From the NCBI RefSeq assembly GCF_009914755.1, contig NC_060947.1: a DNA stretch of 64,000 bases; one strand, 5' to 3'. This document shows positions 34,841 to 49,087 of the stretch, in pieces. This stretch comes from the human T2T-CHM13v2.0 reference genome, Homo sapiens. The translations under genes were made by a program, and so were the position numbers. Under the pieces are notes generated by a model, which saw only the letters and a program-made list of their open reading frames with translations, was not told the origin of the DNA and made no database searches. How positions within the stretch are numbered: position 1 is the stretch's first letter; every line of letters begins with the position of its first letter.

Positions 34841-35284
34841 CAAAACAACTTTTCTGGTACCACAGTTGAAGTACAAGGCATTTTCTGGAATAGTTCTTAT
34901 AGACGAAATCCAGGAAGAAATCCTTGAACCAAGTATTTTAAAAGAAGGTATTAGATATGGCACACTTACAGCAATTAGTTCAGATGATGTAGTCTGGCTA
35001 ATAACAACTTCCATACATTTCTTTTTCTCCTTGATTTTAATGTTTCTTGAGCTAGAAATAGTAACAGGAATTTCTCCGTGTGTTTCATGACTTAATCTTA
35101 TGTTTTACTTTTTTTATTCTTCCACTGGAACTATTACCATGGTGGTAAAAATGAAAACAGGTATTTTATCTTCACCTTTTATTGATTCTTGAATCAAATA
35201 GCCTGTTTGATGACATCTCCTGTTATTCAACCATTATTGCCCACAGAAGAATCATAAAGACCCTTTTAAGTAAAAAGAAAAAAA

Positions 35285-36320
35285 AGTTAAATAAGACACG
35301 AAGTACAAGTCATAGAGGAAAAGACTGATAAACTTGACTACATTGAAATTAAGAACTTCCATTCATCAAAAGACAACATAAAGAGAATGAAAAAACAAGA
35401 CATCACATGGAAGAAGATATTTGTAACACATATAACACTATATATATGCATATATGTTTATAAAAATATGTTTATACATATTCCTAAAAATAAACATAAA
35501 AGAAATCACAAATCCAGCAGAAAAAAAAATGGGCAAAAGGCTTGAATAGACTTTTAGAAACAAAGGGAAGCCTCAATGACAATTTCATTGGCAAACAGGG
35601 TAATGCAAAGCAAAACCCTAATCATATACCCTTATACACCCACCAAATTGGCAAAAAAAAATTTTAAGTATGATGATAAAGTACCAAGTATCAATGAGAA
35701 TGTAATGCTTTGGGACCTATTAGATATCTTAAAAACTCTTAAATACTTTATGAAACAGGTTGGCATTACTTAGTGAAGTTAAGCATACACATATTCTTTA
35801 GCCCAGCAATGCTACTCCTAGGTAAATACCTAATGCATTTACTTCTCATGGATGTCCAGTAAAAGACAAGAAAAAGAAAAATAATGTTTCTAATGGTATT
35901 TGCTTGTAACATAAAAACATCTGGAAAAATCAAATATCCATAAATAATAGATTGGATACGTAAATTGTGGTATATATTCCTACACAATAAAAGAAATAAA
36001 CTACAGCATCATGTATTAACATGAATAAAACTCACCAACATAATGTTGAATCAAAGAAGCAAGTCAAAGAAAAATATGTGGAGTATTATTCCACTTTTAT
36101 AAAGTTTTAAAAACAACCAAACTAAACAAGATACATATTTAGGGATACATACTTGGTTGCTATCATGATAAAGGGGAGAAAGGAATGATTATCACAAGTC
36201 AGAATAGTGGTTTTTTTTTTTTTCTGGAGCAGGGTAGTTATAGATGGGGGTGCTTTTGAGGAGGAGTTTTAAGGGGGAGTTTTAAGATACTAGCAATATT
36301 CTATTTCCTTATCTATGGTA
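35285..36320 (+). mobile_element. Old L1ME/MD ORF2 end and 3' UTR
   Basis: Contains gataaacttgactacattgaaattaagaacttc..., ccagcaatgctactcctagg and ataatgttgaatcaaagaagcaagtca. Confidence 0.75.
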
Positions 36321-36325
36321 ATAAT

Positions 36326-36758
36326 TTGATTTGTTGATTGATTGATTTTATTAAAGCCAGAATCTGTCACCCAGGCTGGAGTACAGTGGTGCAATCATGG
36401 GTCACTGCAGTGTCAAGCTCCTGGGCTCGAAAAATCCTCTTGCCTCAGCCTCTGAGTTGCTGGGACTACAGGCAGCATGACCATGCCCAGCTAATTTCTT
36501 TAAATACTTTTAAGTGATGGGGTCTCACTATGTTGCCCAGGCTGGTCTCTAACTCGAGGCCTCAAGTGATTCTCCTGCCTCAGTCTCCCAAGTTGATAGA
36601 ATTATAGGCATAAGCTACTGTGCCTGACCCAACAGTGTTTTAAGAGATGGGGCCTCTCTATGTTTCCCAGGCTGGTCTCTAACCCACGCCCTCAACTGAT
36701 CCTCCCACCTCAGTCCCCCAAGTTACTGGAATTATAGACATGAGCCACTGCACCTGGC
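36326..36758 (-). mobile_element. AluJ plus an extra left monomer
   Basis: J-type dimer extending to about 36629, followed by a second left arm at about 36638-36758. Confidence 0.85.
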
Positions 36759-37957
36759 TAAGTAATATTTTTATTCCTTATACTTGTATGTTTTATTGTA
36801 CATACATAATATTTCAAAGTGAAAATATAATGAATATACTGGAATTACATTGTATCTATGGGGCTGAATCAAACCTTTCTCTTCCTCCCCCCAAAAAATT
36901 ACTATACATAGCTCTTTTCAATATTTGTGAGAAGGGGTGAAGACTTGATCACAGGTAACACCAATTAGGCCTAGGAAATTATTGTTTAAGAATTCCTGTC
37001 TTTAGAAATCCTCAATCCGTGCATATAAAAAGGATCAGGGTGAATGTTTTACAGCCTGACTCTTCCAGGGAGAAACCTGTACAAGTTCATTATGCTGAAG
37101 CACACCTTCCTTTGGAAGGGGAACTATCTCATGACAGGCCCCTAACCTCATTCAGGGAACTCCGAGTTCTCTCTTTAGAAAAGAAACATACCAAATGCAT
37201 TGCCAACACAACTCCTTACTATTGCATACATCACCTTTTCTCCTCATTGCTTGTTTCCCTGGTAACAACCAACATTGGCTTCTTGACTACTTGCTGCCTG
37301 TACATCATCTGTCTATTCCAGTTTATGATTCAAAACATTTCAAGTTGGGCTGCTTGCTCCAGGAAAGAATTTGGACTTGATTTTTGCCCATGTTCCTGCA
37401 TTGGCCACTAATCTAACCTCTTTCTTTCTCCTTGAAATTGAACTCCTTTCTTTGAACCTTGAAATGTTCAACCTTAGCCATTTTGATCCACACCTGCTAA
37501 CATCCACTGACATTTTTCTTGATTCTTTTTAGTACTCTGCCAACCCAATTCCAAAGCCTAAGTCCATGACCTACCATTACATCCACTTTAAACCCATCTA
37601 CAACTGTAAGTAGCCCTTCATCCCAGCTCTGGTGCAGGCAGCAACTACAACTCCCCACACTTACCACCGTATTGACATCTATGAAGATTGCCTTGGTTTC
37701 CACACCTTTAAATAACACTGATGAGTCAGGTTTATCGGGGATTTGTGATGCCCCTTTCTCCAAGAACACAAGATACATCTATGACATGCTGTTCTAACCA
37801 ACATTGTAGAGCCAAAGGCTGATGGGGGCTAAAGCCCAAAGACCAGACAAACCCATAGGGCATACACTTGGAAAAGTCTACACCATTAGACCTGATTATC
37901 AAGGTATCCAGCTATGGGCCAAGTGGATGCTTTGAGAGGAGAAGGTAAAATGCAGTA

Positions 37958-38278
37958 TAGTTATCCATTGGTATCCATGGGGAGTTGATTCTAGGACCTC
38001 CCTCAGATACCAAAATCCACAGATGCCACAGAGGTACATTATTTGCATATAACCAATGTACACATTCCCATATATTTTAAATCATCTCTAGATTACTTAT
38101 AATACCTAATACAATGTAAATGCTATGTAAATAGTTGTTGTACTGTATCATTTAGGGAATAATGACAAGAAAAAGAATCTGTGTGTTTTCAGTATAGATG
38201 CAATTTTTAAAACATATTTTCAGTTCATTGTTGTTTGAATCTGCAGATGCAGAACCCACAGACAAAGAGGGCCGACTG
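37958..38278 (+). mobile_element. MER2 (TcMar-Tigger) element
   Basis: Contains gataccaaaatccacagatgc and aaatcatctctagattacttataatacctaatacaatgtaaatgctatgtaaatagttgtt. TA flanks on both sides. Confidence 0.9.
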
Positions 38279-38364
38279 TATTATGGTGCTAGCTAGCAGG
38301 CACTAAAATGATAGGATTGGACTGATTCAACCTGGGCAGCAGAATATCTAAGAAGGTTGATAAA

Positions 38365-38722
38365 TCTCTTGCACACTCTTCTAACTCCTTCCACCTGGTT
38401 AACTTCTATACTTATTGTTGAAACCTCAGATTAACTAACCATCATGTCCTCTTAAAAGTCCCCACCCCACTAGATTAGTTGACCCTATGTGCTCCAATAC
38501 ATAACATCATGTATTCACTTTTATAATATATAATTAAAATATATTGTACTGTATTACATTTACCTATTCACTTATTCTGTTTCTCTGGTTAGAAAGGTAA
38601 GCTTCATCAGGACTGGGAACATGTTTGTCTTATTCACCACCATACCCTCAGCATCTATTACAGTACTTGACCCATGAGAAATATGTCACAAAATAATAAA
38701 GTTTTTTAAGTGAATGAATGAC
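38365..38722 (+). mobile_element. L2 3' end
   Basis: Contains tgtttgtcttattcaccaccataccctcagcatct...aagtgaatgaatga. Confidence 0.65.
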
Positions 38723-40339
38723 TCCTTTAAAAGATGGTGGTGGTGAGTTTGGATGAAGGGCAAGGAATCTTAATCCTAGGGAAAGTGGGGAAGGAAGACC
38801 CAATACAGGAAGTGGAGTGTAAGGTAGGGCTTAGTCATAAGCAGCATCTCAGGTACAAAGTCAGACCATGGTTAGCAACCACATCAATGATGCTGAGTCT
38901 CCAAACTGGTGATCTTAGTATCCTTAAGTGCATTTAAAAGTGGCCCCAAATCCTAGGGTAGGGCTGAATCATCAGAAAGTGGCGGGTCCCCAACTTGTAC
39001 ACAGGTCCAGGAGTCCAAAGAGGTCACTAGAAGACCTTAGCTGATATTAAAGTTCTTCCAAAAGTACTGATACAAACCAGAAACCCTAGGATTGCTTGGG
39101 AAAATAAGCTCATTCAACATTACATAGAGTTACTGATGCTTCAAATCCTTTCTAAAAGCACACAAATGATAAATTATGAAGTAGTTAACTGACTACATCC
39201 TCATTCTACTTCTGGCTTTCTCATGACTTCCAGAGTGACTGAAGATTGACACACACATATTTCTTTCACTCAGGGTAAGGCACCTTCTCTTTTTATTTTG
39301 AGAGAATCCTCACTATCTCCTAATAGTATCTATCCCCAGTCTCAGAAATTCAAAGGAATCTAGAACTAATTCCATTTTTTTCTTTTAATGCTCCCTATAA
39401 TGGACTACATTGAGAATAATTTTGGTTTATACTTACTATACATTAAGAATCTGTAATCTGTTCATGATAAGAAACTACTTTTGACTTTAGTCTTAGAAAA
39501 GATCTGTCCTTTCTACTAAAAATCCAGGAAATGTGTATAACGGGAATCAACCCAGAAAATGTGTATAATTAGGCAAGCAAACAAGGTCAACAGGTAGGTC
39601 AAGGTTAACTGTTTGGAGTGGTCAGCTGAAGCATTGTAAACATAACAGTAAACATTAAAGTTGATTTAAAATGAGTACCCTTGTATATTCATAGACTACC
39701 TTTGGAAAGAAACACAAAAATAATGTAATAGTGGCTGTTTCTGAGAACAGAATCAAGGTGGCTAGTGGACAGGAGTTCAAGTGAGAATTAATTTTCATTG
39801 TATACCCATTTGTGCCTTTTGAAATTTGTTTCATGTGCTTATAATACTTTAAAAATTAAATAGAATTTAATTTTAAATAAAATAAAACAAGCATCCTCCC
39901 CATGGCTTGGCTCCACTTCACAGTCAAACTCATCCTTTCTTGAGCAACTCCCACAGCATGCTACTCCAAAGAGACCCCCCTGGTGCTTTGCATGTGGGCA
40001 GATATTTCAAAGGAGGGCCTACTGCCAAGCTAAGATCCACATGTGATTTTTACAGAGGCAATACAGGCTATAGTGACATGGGAGAAGAGAAAACAGCTGC
40101 TGATTATAGGCAAAGTGGATATGGATCAGATTTTATCCTTTCAACTGGCTAATGTCAATGTCATTGTTATACCAGTGTGTTCATCTTGCCTACGCTGATT
40201 TAATTAACTGGAGAGAGCATTTACCAGACCTTGGTCTAAGTTAGTAAAAACGTCAGAGTTATTTGGACTGTTTGCTGAAGAGGATAGTGCGAATACCCCA
40301 AAAATCAACTGCAAGACTCTAAGGTTCAGAAGAACAGGG

Positions 40340-40432
40340 GCCAAGCCTGTCTTATTCACTACATCCCCAGTGCTCATCATAGTGCCTGGCATTTAGTAGG
40401 CACTCAATGAATAACTGTTCAAAGAATGAATG
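40340..40432 (+). mobile_element. L2 3' terminus
   Basis: Contains catagtgcctggcatttagtaggcactcaatgaataactgttcaaagaatgaatg. Confidence 0.75.
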
Positions 40433-41360
40433 GGGACACGATAGGTAGAAAGATGTGCTCCTCACTTGTCAGAGAAATTAATTGACTTGTCTAACATCAC
40501 ACAGCTCGATTTTTGGCAGATCTAAGACAAGAATTAGGTCTGCTGACTCACCATCCATTGATCTTTTCATTACACAAAGCTATGGATACAGCAGCACCAA
40601 CAGAATAAGGCCTCAAGCTATTACCTCAAAAACACTTGATGATCGGCAATTTCATAGAGTTTAACCAAGAAAATGGATTTTGAGATGATCCAAGCATACA
40701 AGTTTAAATCTTTGTATAAACATTGGAAAAAGATTACTACGAAGGTCTCTTTTAAATATACTGTGAACAAAAGAACATTTCAGCTTAACTTAAAAAAGAA
40801 GTATTAACTTAGTTGATTATAAATTAACATAAAATAGGTAATATGTTTTTGAGAATGTTACCTTACATATGGAACTACAAACAAAAGACTGAAAGAGAAG
40901 CTCCGGACAGTTACTACACAGGTTTTTGGACTTTCAAAATTACCCCCCAGAGACCAAGCCTTGGATCAAGGATGCACCATCAATAAAACTGCACCCTCCA
41001 TTTAGTAGCACTGCCCAGCACCCACACTATTCTCCCCACTCACCTGACAGCCAGAGCCAAAACCACCAATTCTGGATGCCTTTCTTTTCTCTCTGTCTCC
41101 TTCTCTGTCTCTGAACTTTTTCAAACTAAAGCCTATTCTCAGCTGGCAACAAATCATCCATCACTTCTCATAATAAAATTAAAAAACAAAAAGAGCTTGT
41201 CTAGAATTTCAAGCTTTAGATTAATTCACCAAAAATCAAATCATCCAAAGCCAATTCTCTAAAATTCATGTCACCAAAAAATTAACTTATCAAAGCCTAT
41301 TAGTTTCAGTCAGGTCTCAGAGCTGCCCCTCTATCTGCCTGCTCTGTTGACTGCCCCATG

Positions 41361-41362
<2 letters not shown>

Positions 41363-41404
<42 letters not shown>
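41363..41404. repeat. (GT)21 microsatellite
   Basis: Perfect GT run. Confidence 0.97.
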
Positions 41405-41405
<1 letters not shown>

Positions 41406-41559
41406 GGGGGTGGCAGCTGCTAAGGTTACCAACTCTCCTGCCAATCCTCATCTATAACCAACTCCTGCTACAACAAAACCACTACTTGCAAATTTCAGTA
41501 AAACTGAAATTTCAGAAAAAGCCTCCCAAACTCTTAAGTCCATCCTGTGTAGATATTAT

Positions 41560-41958
41560 TAGCTGTCAACAGTTTCTGTTGTCCTTTCCATAAAAGGGAC
41601 CTAGCCACTCTGCAATTAGATAGGGATATATAACTAGTTCTGACCAATGAAACATGAAACGAAGTTGTGTGTATCGCTTCTACCCTAAAACAATCTTTTG
41701 TGATTATCTAGTCACTTCTCCTACTCTGGCATGTGTTCCAAATAGTGCAGTTAAAAGATGATAGAGTCTTCATCAGCCTAGGTTCTTCCTTCAGCAGCTT
41801 GGTTCCCTGAATATCTTGTGTAGTAGAGCTTTCTCACCAAACTCAAACTGCATTTATGTCCACCATACATATGAAATAAACCTTTGTTATATTAGGACAC
41901 TGAGATTTTAAGGTTAATTACTTACTGCAACATAATCTATCCTCTCCTGACTAATACA
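41560..41958 (+). mobile_element. MLT1 (H/J-like) LTR
   Basis: Contains actagttctgaccaatgaaa...gaaataaacctttgttatattaggacactgagattt...ctgactaataca. Confidence 0.7.
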
Positions 41959-43561
41959 CATCACATATAGCATAAATTATTTTTAAAAAACTTTTAAAGT
42001 AGTTAATTGAAACAAGTTTTGGTGAATGCATAATTAAACTATTTTAGAGGAAGGAGAGATATGCTGTTATCTCAAAGGGGCAGAATCTCCCTATAACACT
42101 CACCCTACTCCTCTCCCCCCACCCTATGCTGGCTGAAAGATGGCTGCAGCAAAACACAGTAAATCTTTAAAACACAATCAGTTGATTGGTGACTTGGCCA
42201 ATTAATCATTAAGTAAGATAGTTTTGGTGAATTAACTCTCAGTGAATTGACGACTTTCAATTACTTAGTTGGCTTCTGGAATATCAGGCTCTGCTGAAGG
42301 CTTGTGAGATATTCTTTTTTTGTGGAGGAAACTCTCAAATCTTTCCGCAAAGGAAACCCCTAATCCATCCACACAAGATGGATCCTGCCTCAATCACTCT
42401 GAACTTAACTTCTCTCCTGAACATAGCATCTTGCCTTTGCCTAACAAATCTGGTAACTTCTCAGAATGCCCCAGAATATCTTTTGATCAGAAGTTCTAAA
42501 AAGACAAGCCCAACTTCTGGAAGTCTGTTTGCAAGTAAGTTGAGACTGAGTTCAGAAGCTAGAGCTCTTATTCCTCTATCGTCTCAAAAAAAATGTTTAT
42601 ACTCTAACTCCATTTGTTTCTTGCCAAATGCCTTCTGGAATAGCATGACTCAAAGAAAATGACTTGATTTTACTGAGGATCAGCACTTAACACCTAGTGA
42701 AATGTTGAGTAAAAAGACTTTAGGCTCTAGCAAATAATGATAAATGTTTTTCTCAGTAGCACCTTCACACCTTAGCAGTAGCTAAATAAATTTTCCTTCA
42801 CAAAAATGCAAACTTCTTCCCAGCACACAAATTATTATTTTTAATATTCTAGTGAAATCATCATAGATGTAGCAGATCTAGATGACATCTAGGGTCATCA
42901 GAGAGACATCTAGGGTCTCTGAGAGGTCACATTCGAGGAGTCCTTGAGTCCATAAGATCTGCCATTTACAATTCTCAGATGGCTCCTACCCTGACCCACT
43001 TTGTTTTGAGAAAAACATTATTGGGTCATATAAACAGTTGTTCAGTCAGCCAAGTTCTGTAACAATGGCTGCAGGAGCCAGTTTCTGAAGATTTATGATA
43101 GCTATCCTCACAGGCTTCTACCAATGGAAGATTACAAACCTATATCAATTCATTTTACAGGTACTTAAGTGGCTAACATATGCCAGATACCAGTGCTCAA
43201 GATGTAAGACAAAATAAGGCATGGTTATTAAGAAGTAATCTAGGAATTTGATTACTTCATTCTTGACCTTGCATATTTAGACCCATCTCAGAAATAGTTT
43301 ACATATACCATTTCCTGACGGCAAGTAACACAGTTTCTAAGATTATTTCCCATGGTAATAGAGTACTTTGGTTTGCCTATCCTGAAATAAGCAGCTCTAA
43401 ATGGTCCCCCCTTCATAAAATGGACAAATCCTATGCTCACCATCTGCACAGCCACCTTTGGTCCTGTGATACTGACTGTCTCTTCTTAAATGGGGCTTGC
43501 AGAATAGCAAACTAATATTGTGGTAGAAGAGCCTCAAAACCTGGACAATAAGAGAAGCAGA

Positions 43562-43946
<385 letters not shown>

Positions 43947-44395
43947 TCAACCTTTCCAACTAATGTTTCTGTATTCTACTTTTCACTCATGATAAACAAG
44001 TTACACCCCTTCATATCAGAACCTTCACACATGCCTTCCCCTTCTGCAGGAATATATCTCATCTCTATTCACCTAGCTAATTTCCACTTATTATGCAGGT
44101 CTCGGGGAAGCCCGCCTTAACTCAGCCACCCTCTCCTATCCCACCTGATGACCCTATATCCCATATTTTCGTAACATTCTGTATTTCTTTTTTAGCTTCT
44201 AATACATTGTTGTGTCCTCCCTCGAGGCCAGATAAGTGTCTGGCAAACTGTAAGAACTTGAATATTTGTTTAATGACTCAGTGGATGAATGAATGACCTA
44301 TCCTTGGCCTCAGCTCTCCAGGACCCATCCCAAACTAAGAGTAACAGGTACAAGTAATACAGACTTTTTGGTAATAAAATCTGACAGTGTTATAT

Positions 44396-44430
<35 letters not shown>

Positions 44431-44442
44431 ATGTGTGTGTGT
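44396..44442. repeat. Compound (TG)n(AG)n(TG)n microsatellite
   Basis: Seen directly in the sequence. Confidence 0.9.
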
Positions 44443-45999
44443 ATGTTTATACGTGTATTTGAGGGGAGGAGAAAACAGGGCTGTAGGCCTTTGGTCCAAA
44501 AAGTATTTTGAGTCATAGCCGTTACAGCTGAAATAGAGGGCCCCATGAAACCGGAAAGAAAATTGAGTTCAGGGAAAACCGTATTCCAGGCGTTACATAT
44601 GCCTTAGGAGGCCATGGCTTAGTGTGAGTACGGCTCAGTGTAAGTTTTTGTCCCTCAGTAGTTGCTGTCAGGGTTTGCTCCTTTCAAGTTCTCCTAGCTA
44701 CATCCAGCAATCATTCATAATATGGTTGTCCAGAACTGTTTTTACCTCAGTGAGAGCCCATTTGTTGTTTGTTCTCCAAAAGGACCTACAATACAATAGC
44801 TCTTTTCCTTTTACAAACAAGAAAATTTGGTCAGGAGGCAAAATTACAGTGGTAAGAGTGAAAAATGTTTACTCTTGGGAGTCTAGTTAAATTTCAGATA
44901 AATAGTTTGTGTGATATTAAGTGATTTGAATATAGACGGTACAAAGAAATTCCAGGAAACTCATCTTTACTTCTACTCCCTCCAATCTCAACCTCTTCCA
45001 GACTAAAATCACACAGTACAGTAGAGAACCCTCCCAGTTAGTCCTCAGTATCAGCTGTCAGGAAATAAATCATACCAAGGCAAGAGGTTTAACAGTCTTC
45101 ATTTTTGTCATATTAATGATATATGGTTTTAACTCAAAGATTTACTACTTCCAAAGGTAAGATTATAAAATATTGTTGGTGCTTGCCCAGCTTAGGTAAG
45201 TGCTATTAGTAGTATTTTTATTGGGCTGCCATAGAGCAATAAAGAAATCATTTGTAAAATTCTTCTGAAAAATTCTACAACCTAGGAAAGGTGGCAGTAT
45301 CTCTCCCAGTCAATCTTTAGGTTACAGCTAACCTTCAGTTGCTATAGAGAAACATATGTTTTCTACTAAACCTTCAGAACAGTTTTGCAATTGTTAACTT
45401 GGCCCTGGGGTATCATCAGTTTCCTCTGAGAGTTTCCAAGATCCCTTATCAGGAATATAACAGGATTAGTTACCACGTCACGTCAAGAGGAAGCTTTAGA
45501 AATCACCAGTAAGTTCCCAACAGTAGAAGTAGCAAGCAAGTGGTCCAGATTCCAGGAAACAACCCCAGGGACAGGAACTGAGCACAAAAGAAAACAAGAC
45601 AGATGGGCAAAAAACCCTTGATGTGTATCAGTATCCTACCGAATAGGGCCAATTCCAAGATCTTCAGGGCTAAGTGAAGGCTAAGTCTTCTCATGGGCTG
45701 AAATATGTCTACAGCAGACCACGGGGCAAAGCACAAGATCAAAACAGGGACTTAAATCTGCATCAGAGCCAGAGTGGGATATGGAGGAAGGAATCTGGGT
45801 CACCAGTCAGCTATATTAAAAAAACTTCAGAATTAAGAAAAAGTTCAAGTTGATGGTGCCATTTGCTAACAGTGAAAATATCTGAGTAACATTGTCTCAA
45901 ATAGTCCTAGGGGATGGTCATGTCCATACCCAGTTATTTTTCAAAAGTTTGACATCTGAAAGGGCAAGAAAGAAAAAGCGTTTTTAAATATGAGCAATT

Positions 46000-46865
46000 C
46001 AAGTAGGATAGATAGAAAGTGCTCTGAATTGAGTCAGAAGACCTAAGTTTTAATTACGATTCTGCCACTTACTATCTTTATGGCATTGGGCAAGTCCCTC
46101 GCCTCTGTACACCTCGATTTCCTCATCTATCAAATAGGTGAATACTTGTAGACAAGAGATATCAAAATTATTTAGAATCAAATAAATTCAAAGTTTTCAA
46201 TTTAAAATGATGATTGTACAACTTCACAAAAATACTACTGGTTATTTCTTTCAAGAAAACAAGCCCTATAGCCACATAGCATTCATCATTCTCTTTCTGG
46301 AAGGTGACTTCCAAGACTCCTTCTGTTAGTCTGCCAACTTTGTACCGAGCAAATATTTTTTAGAGTACAAAGAGGAAGAACAGTGTACTCATGCATTACT
46401 AGATTGAACTTTTAATTATTGCCTCAATTTGCCATTTTCATGTAAAGGGCTATCTCCCATACATGGCAGTTGATGAGGCAGTGTAACATGCCGTGATAAG
46501 CCAAGGAGTCAGAGACATGAGACCTGTGTTCTAGTCCATTTTTAAGTAACATGCTAAATTACCTTGAGTAAGTCATTTAACCTCTACTCTTCAGTTACCT
46601 CATCTATAATCTTATGGTGATGATAATAAAAATAGATACCATTTCCTGAACACCTATAATGTGCTTTAGATATACATAATCTCCAATCCTCACAACAGCC
46701 CCTATTAGAAGGCACTGTCATCTTCATTTTTCTGAACTGGAAACTGAGACCCAAAAACGTTCTCATTTTCCCAAGGTCACCCACTAAGAGTGGGATTCAA
46801 ACCTAGGTCCATCTGACTCCAAAGCATATGTTCCTTTTTTTCTCCCATTATCCCACATTGCCTTC
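46000..46865. mobile_element. MIR cluster (+ at ~46000-46140 and ~46470-46610; - at ~46620-46865)
   Basis: Contains ttgggcaagtc...tttcctcatctat; ccttgagtaagtcatttaacctct; ggaaactgagac...cccaaggtcac. Confidence 0.7.
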
Positions 46866-48616
46866 CGTTTGAGAAACAGGTTAGAGAGCCTCTAAGATCC
46901 CTTCCAACTCTGATGTACGGTATTTTGGGACCCCAGCAGTTATGTGGTTAAGCTTACTTAATAAGTAACTAATTGTACAGTCTTCACAAGCCCTACCCCT
47001 TTATTTTAGCACATTCTTAATCCTTCTTTCTAAAAGATTTCTTATATTTTCATTGAAGACCTTGAACAACTTAGCAAAATGAGCTCAAATATATTTGTAT
47101 ATTTCAAAAACCTTAGCCCTTTTATTGAAACAAGAGATACCTGAAGCACTTGTTCTGGAACAGATTCTTGGTTTGAGACAAATTTTCAAATCCCCAGGAA
47201 TTGAGGCTACCATTATTAAAAATGCCTTTTGTTTACTTGAGAACTGCTAGAGTACGGGACTGCCTCTAAGTGACGGGATGCTGCGATAAAAAGAAGCCCC
47301 TAACTTACATGCACACTCTTCTATGAAATTCTACCAATAGAAACTCATTCCCTTGGTCTTTGAAGAGCTTTCAAGTCTTTTAAGAGTTCCTTATTCAAAT
47401 GGTTAAAAACTATGAAACGATAATACCTTAAACCTGAGGGCAGGTGAGAAGCAAAATTAGCTGCTTTCCAGGCAAGAATCTCAACCCACCATAGGAATGA
47501 GAATAAGATCATAGCTTAAGTTCCTAATGGAGGTAAGAGTTCTTCGGGGAAAGAGCAGTGGGAAGTGGGAAGGCATTAGAATCAACTTGACTCACTTCTA
47601 GTCTTGCTGAGTGTGAATCCTGCTCATGGAAAACTATAAGAAGCATGACAAATAAGAAAGGGTGAAGATAAAGCAGCACTTAATATGGGAAAAACAATAG
47701 TCAGAAATTGGAGGCATTAGCTTTCATACCTCAAAAAATGCTGGAAGCAAAGAAAAAGGAAAGTAATCAATTGGCAAAGATTTTGAGATACACAAAGCAG
47801 TCTATCAACCTGACAATGAAGAATATAATGTCAGACAAATCTAATTTCCTTCTGTGACAGAGTGACAACCCCAGCAGTTTGGAGAATGTAACAAATATAG
47901 TGTTCATTTGGTGAGCCCCCATAGTGAGGAAAATGAGGTCCTGGATTAGTTCACCAATAGCAGCATCCCAGAACTGAGTCAGAGCCAGACTCCAAGTGCA
48001 GGGGCTCTAATGCATGATCACTTAAGGACCACCACAAATGGTATTTGTCATTCGAGTTCTGCTACTATTGTTCAGGATTTGAGATAATTCTTACATAGGT
48101 TCTGAAGGTCTTACATAGGAATTTTACCTCAGCCCTGAGCTTTCACTGCCAGTAAGTGCTAAAAGCAACCTAATATTTGCCAGCTGTAACTGAACTGCCT
48201 GTCAACAAAGAAATGAGTGTAAATTAGAGATAATGTAAGTCAGAGACTAAATTCTTAAAAACTATGCAATTTACAAGCAAAAATACAATATAAGGACTTA
48301 GTGAATAAATCTGGAGTTAAGAAATACCTATTAGGGCAAATCCAAAAACACAAAATATTTTATCTGTTAATAATTCGTACATTGACTTACAATCTACCTC
48401 TCAAAGATAAATTTCTTTTCAACCCTGGCCCTACCGGCCACTATCAGTCAATATCTGACCTGCTCCCACCTCTGTCACCTAACCTGCTCCCTTCTATGTC
48501 ACCCTCTTAACAGACTTTCAATGAGCTTTATAATGCCAACTATTTACAGTGTTGCTTTGTTTTCCCTTCAACATATTTAAAGATTTTAAAAATTTAATCA
48601 GAGTAAAGATAGTCCT

Positions 48617-48926
<310 letters not shown>

Positions 48927-49087
48927 TTATACTTGGCCTTTTGAACAGAGTGGGCCCTTCACTATCTTGTTCCATTTCAAGTCCTCTCCCACATCCCCCT
49001 GAGATTGAATCTAAGGGATAGTCACGTGGGATGATGTTATGGGCTAAGATGTGTCCTCCTAAATTCATATGTTTAAGCCCTAACCCA

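Noticed and set aside
42884-42917. 13-bp direct repeat gacatctagggtc
   Set aside because: It is a small slippage duplication with nothing further to support a function.
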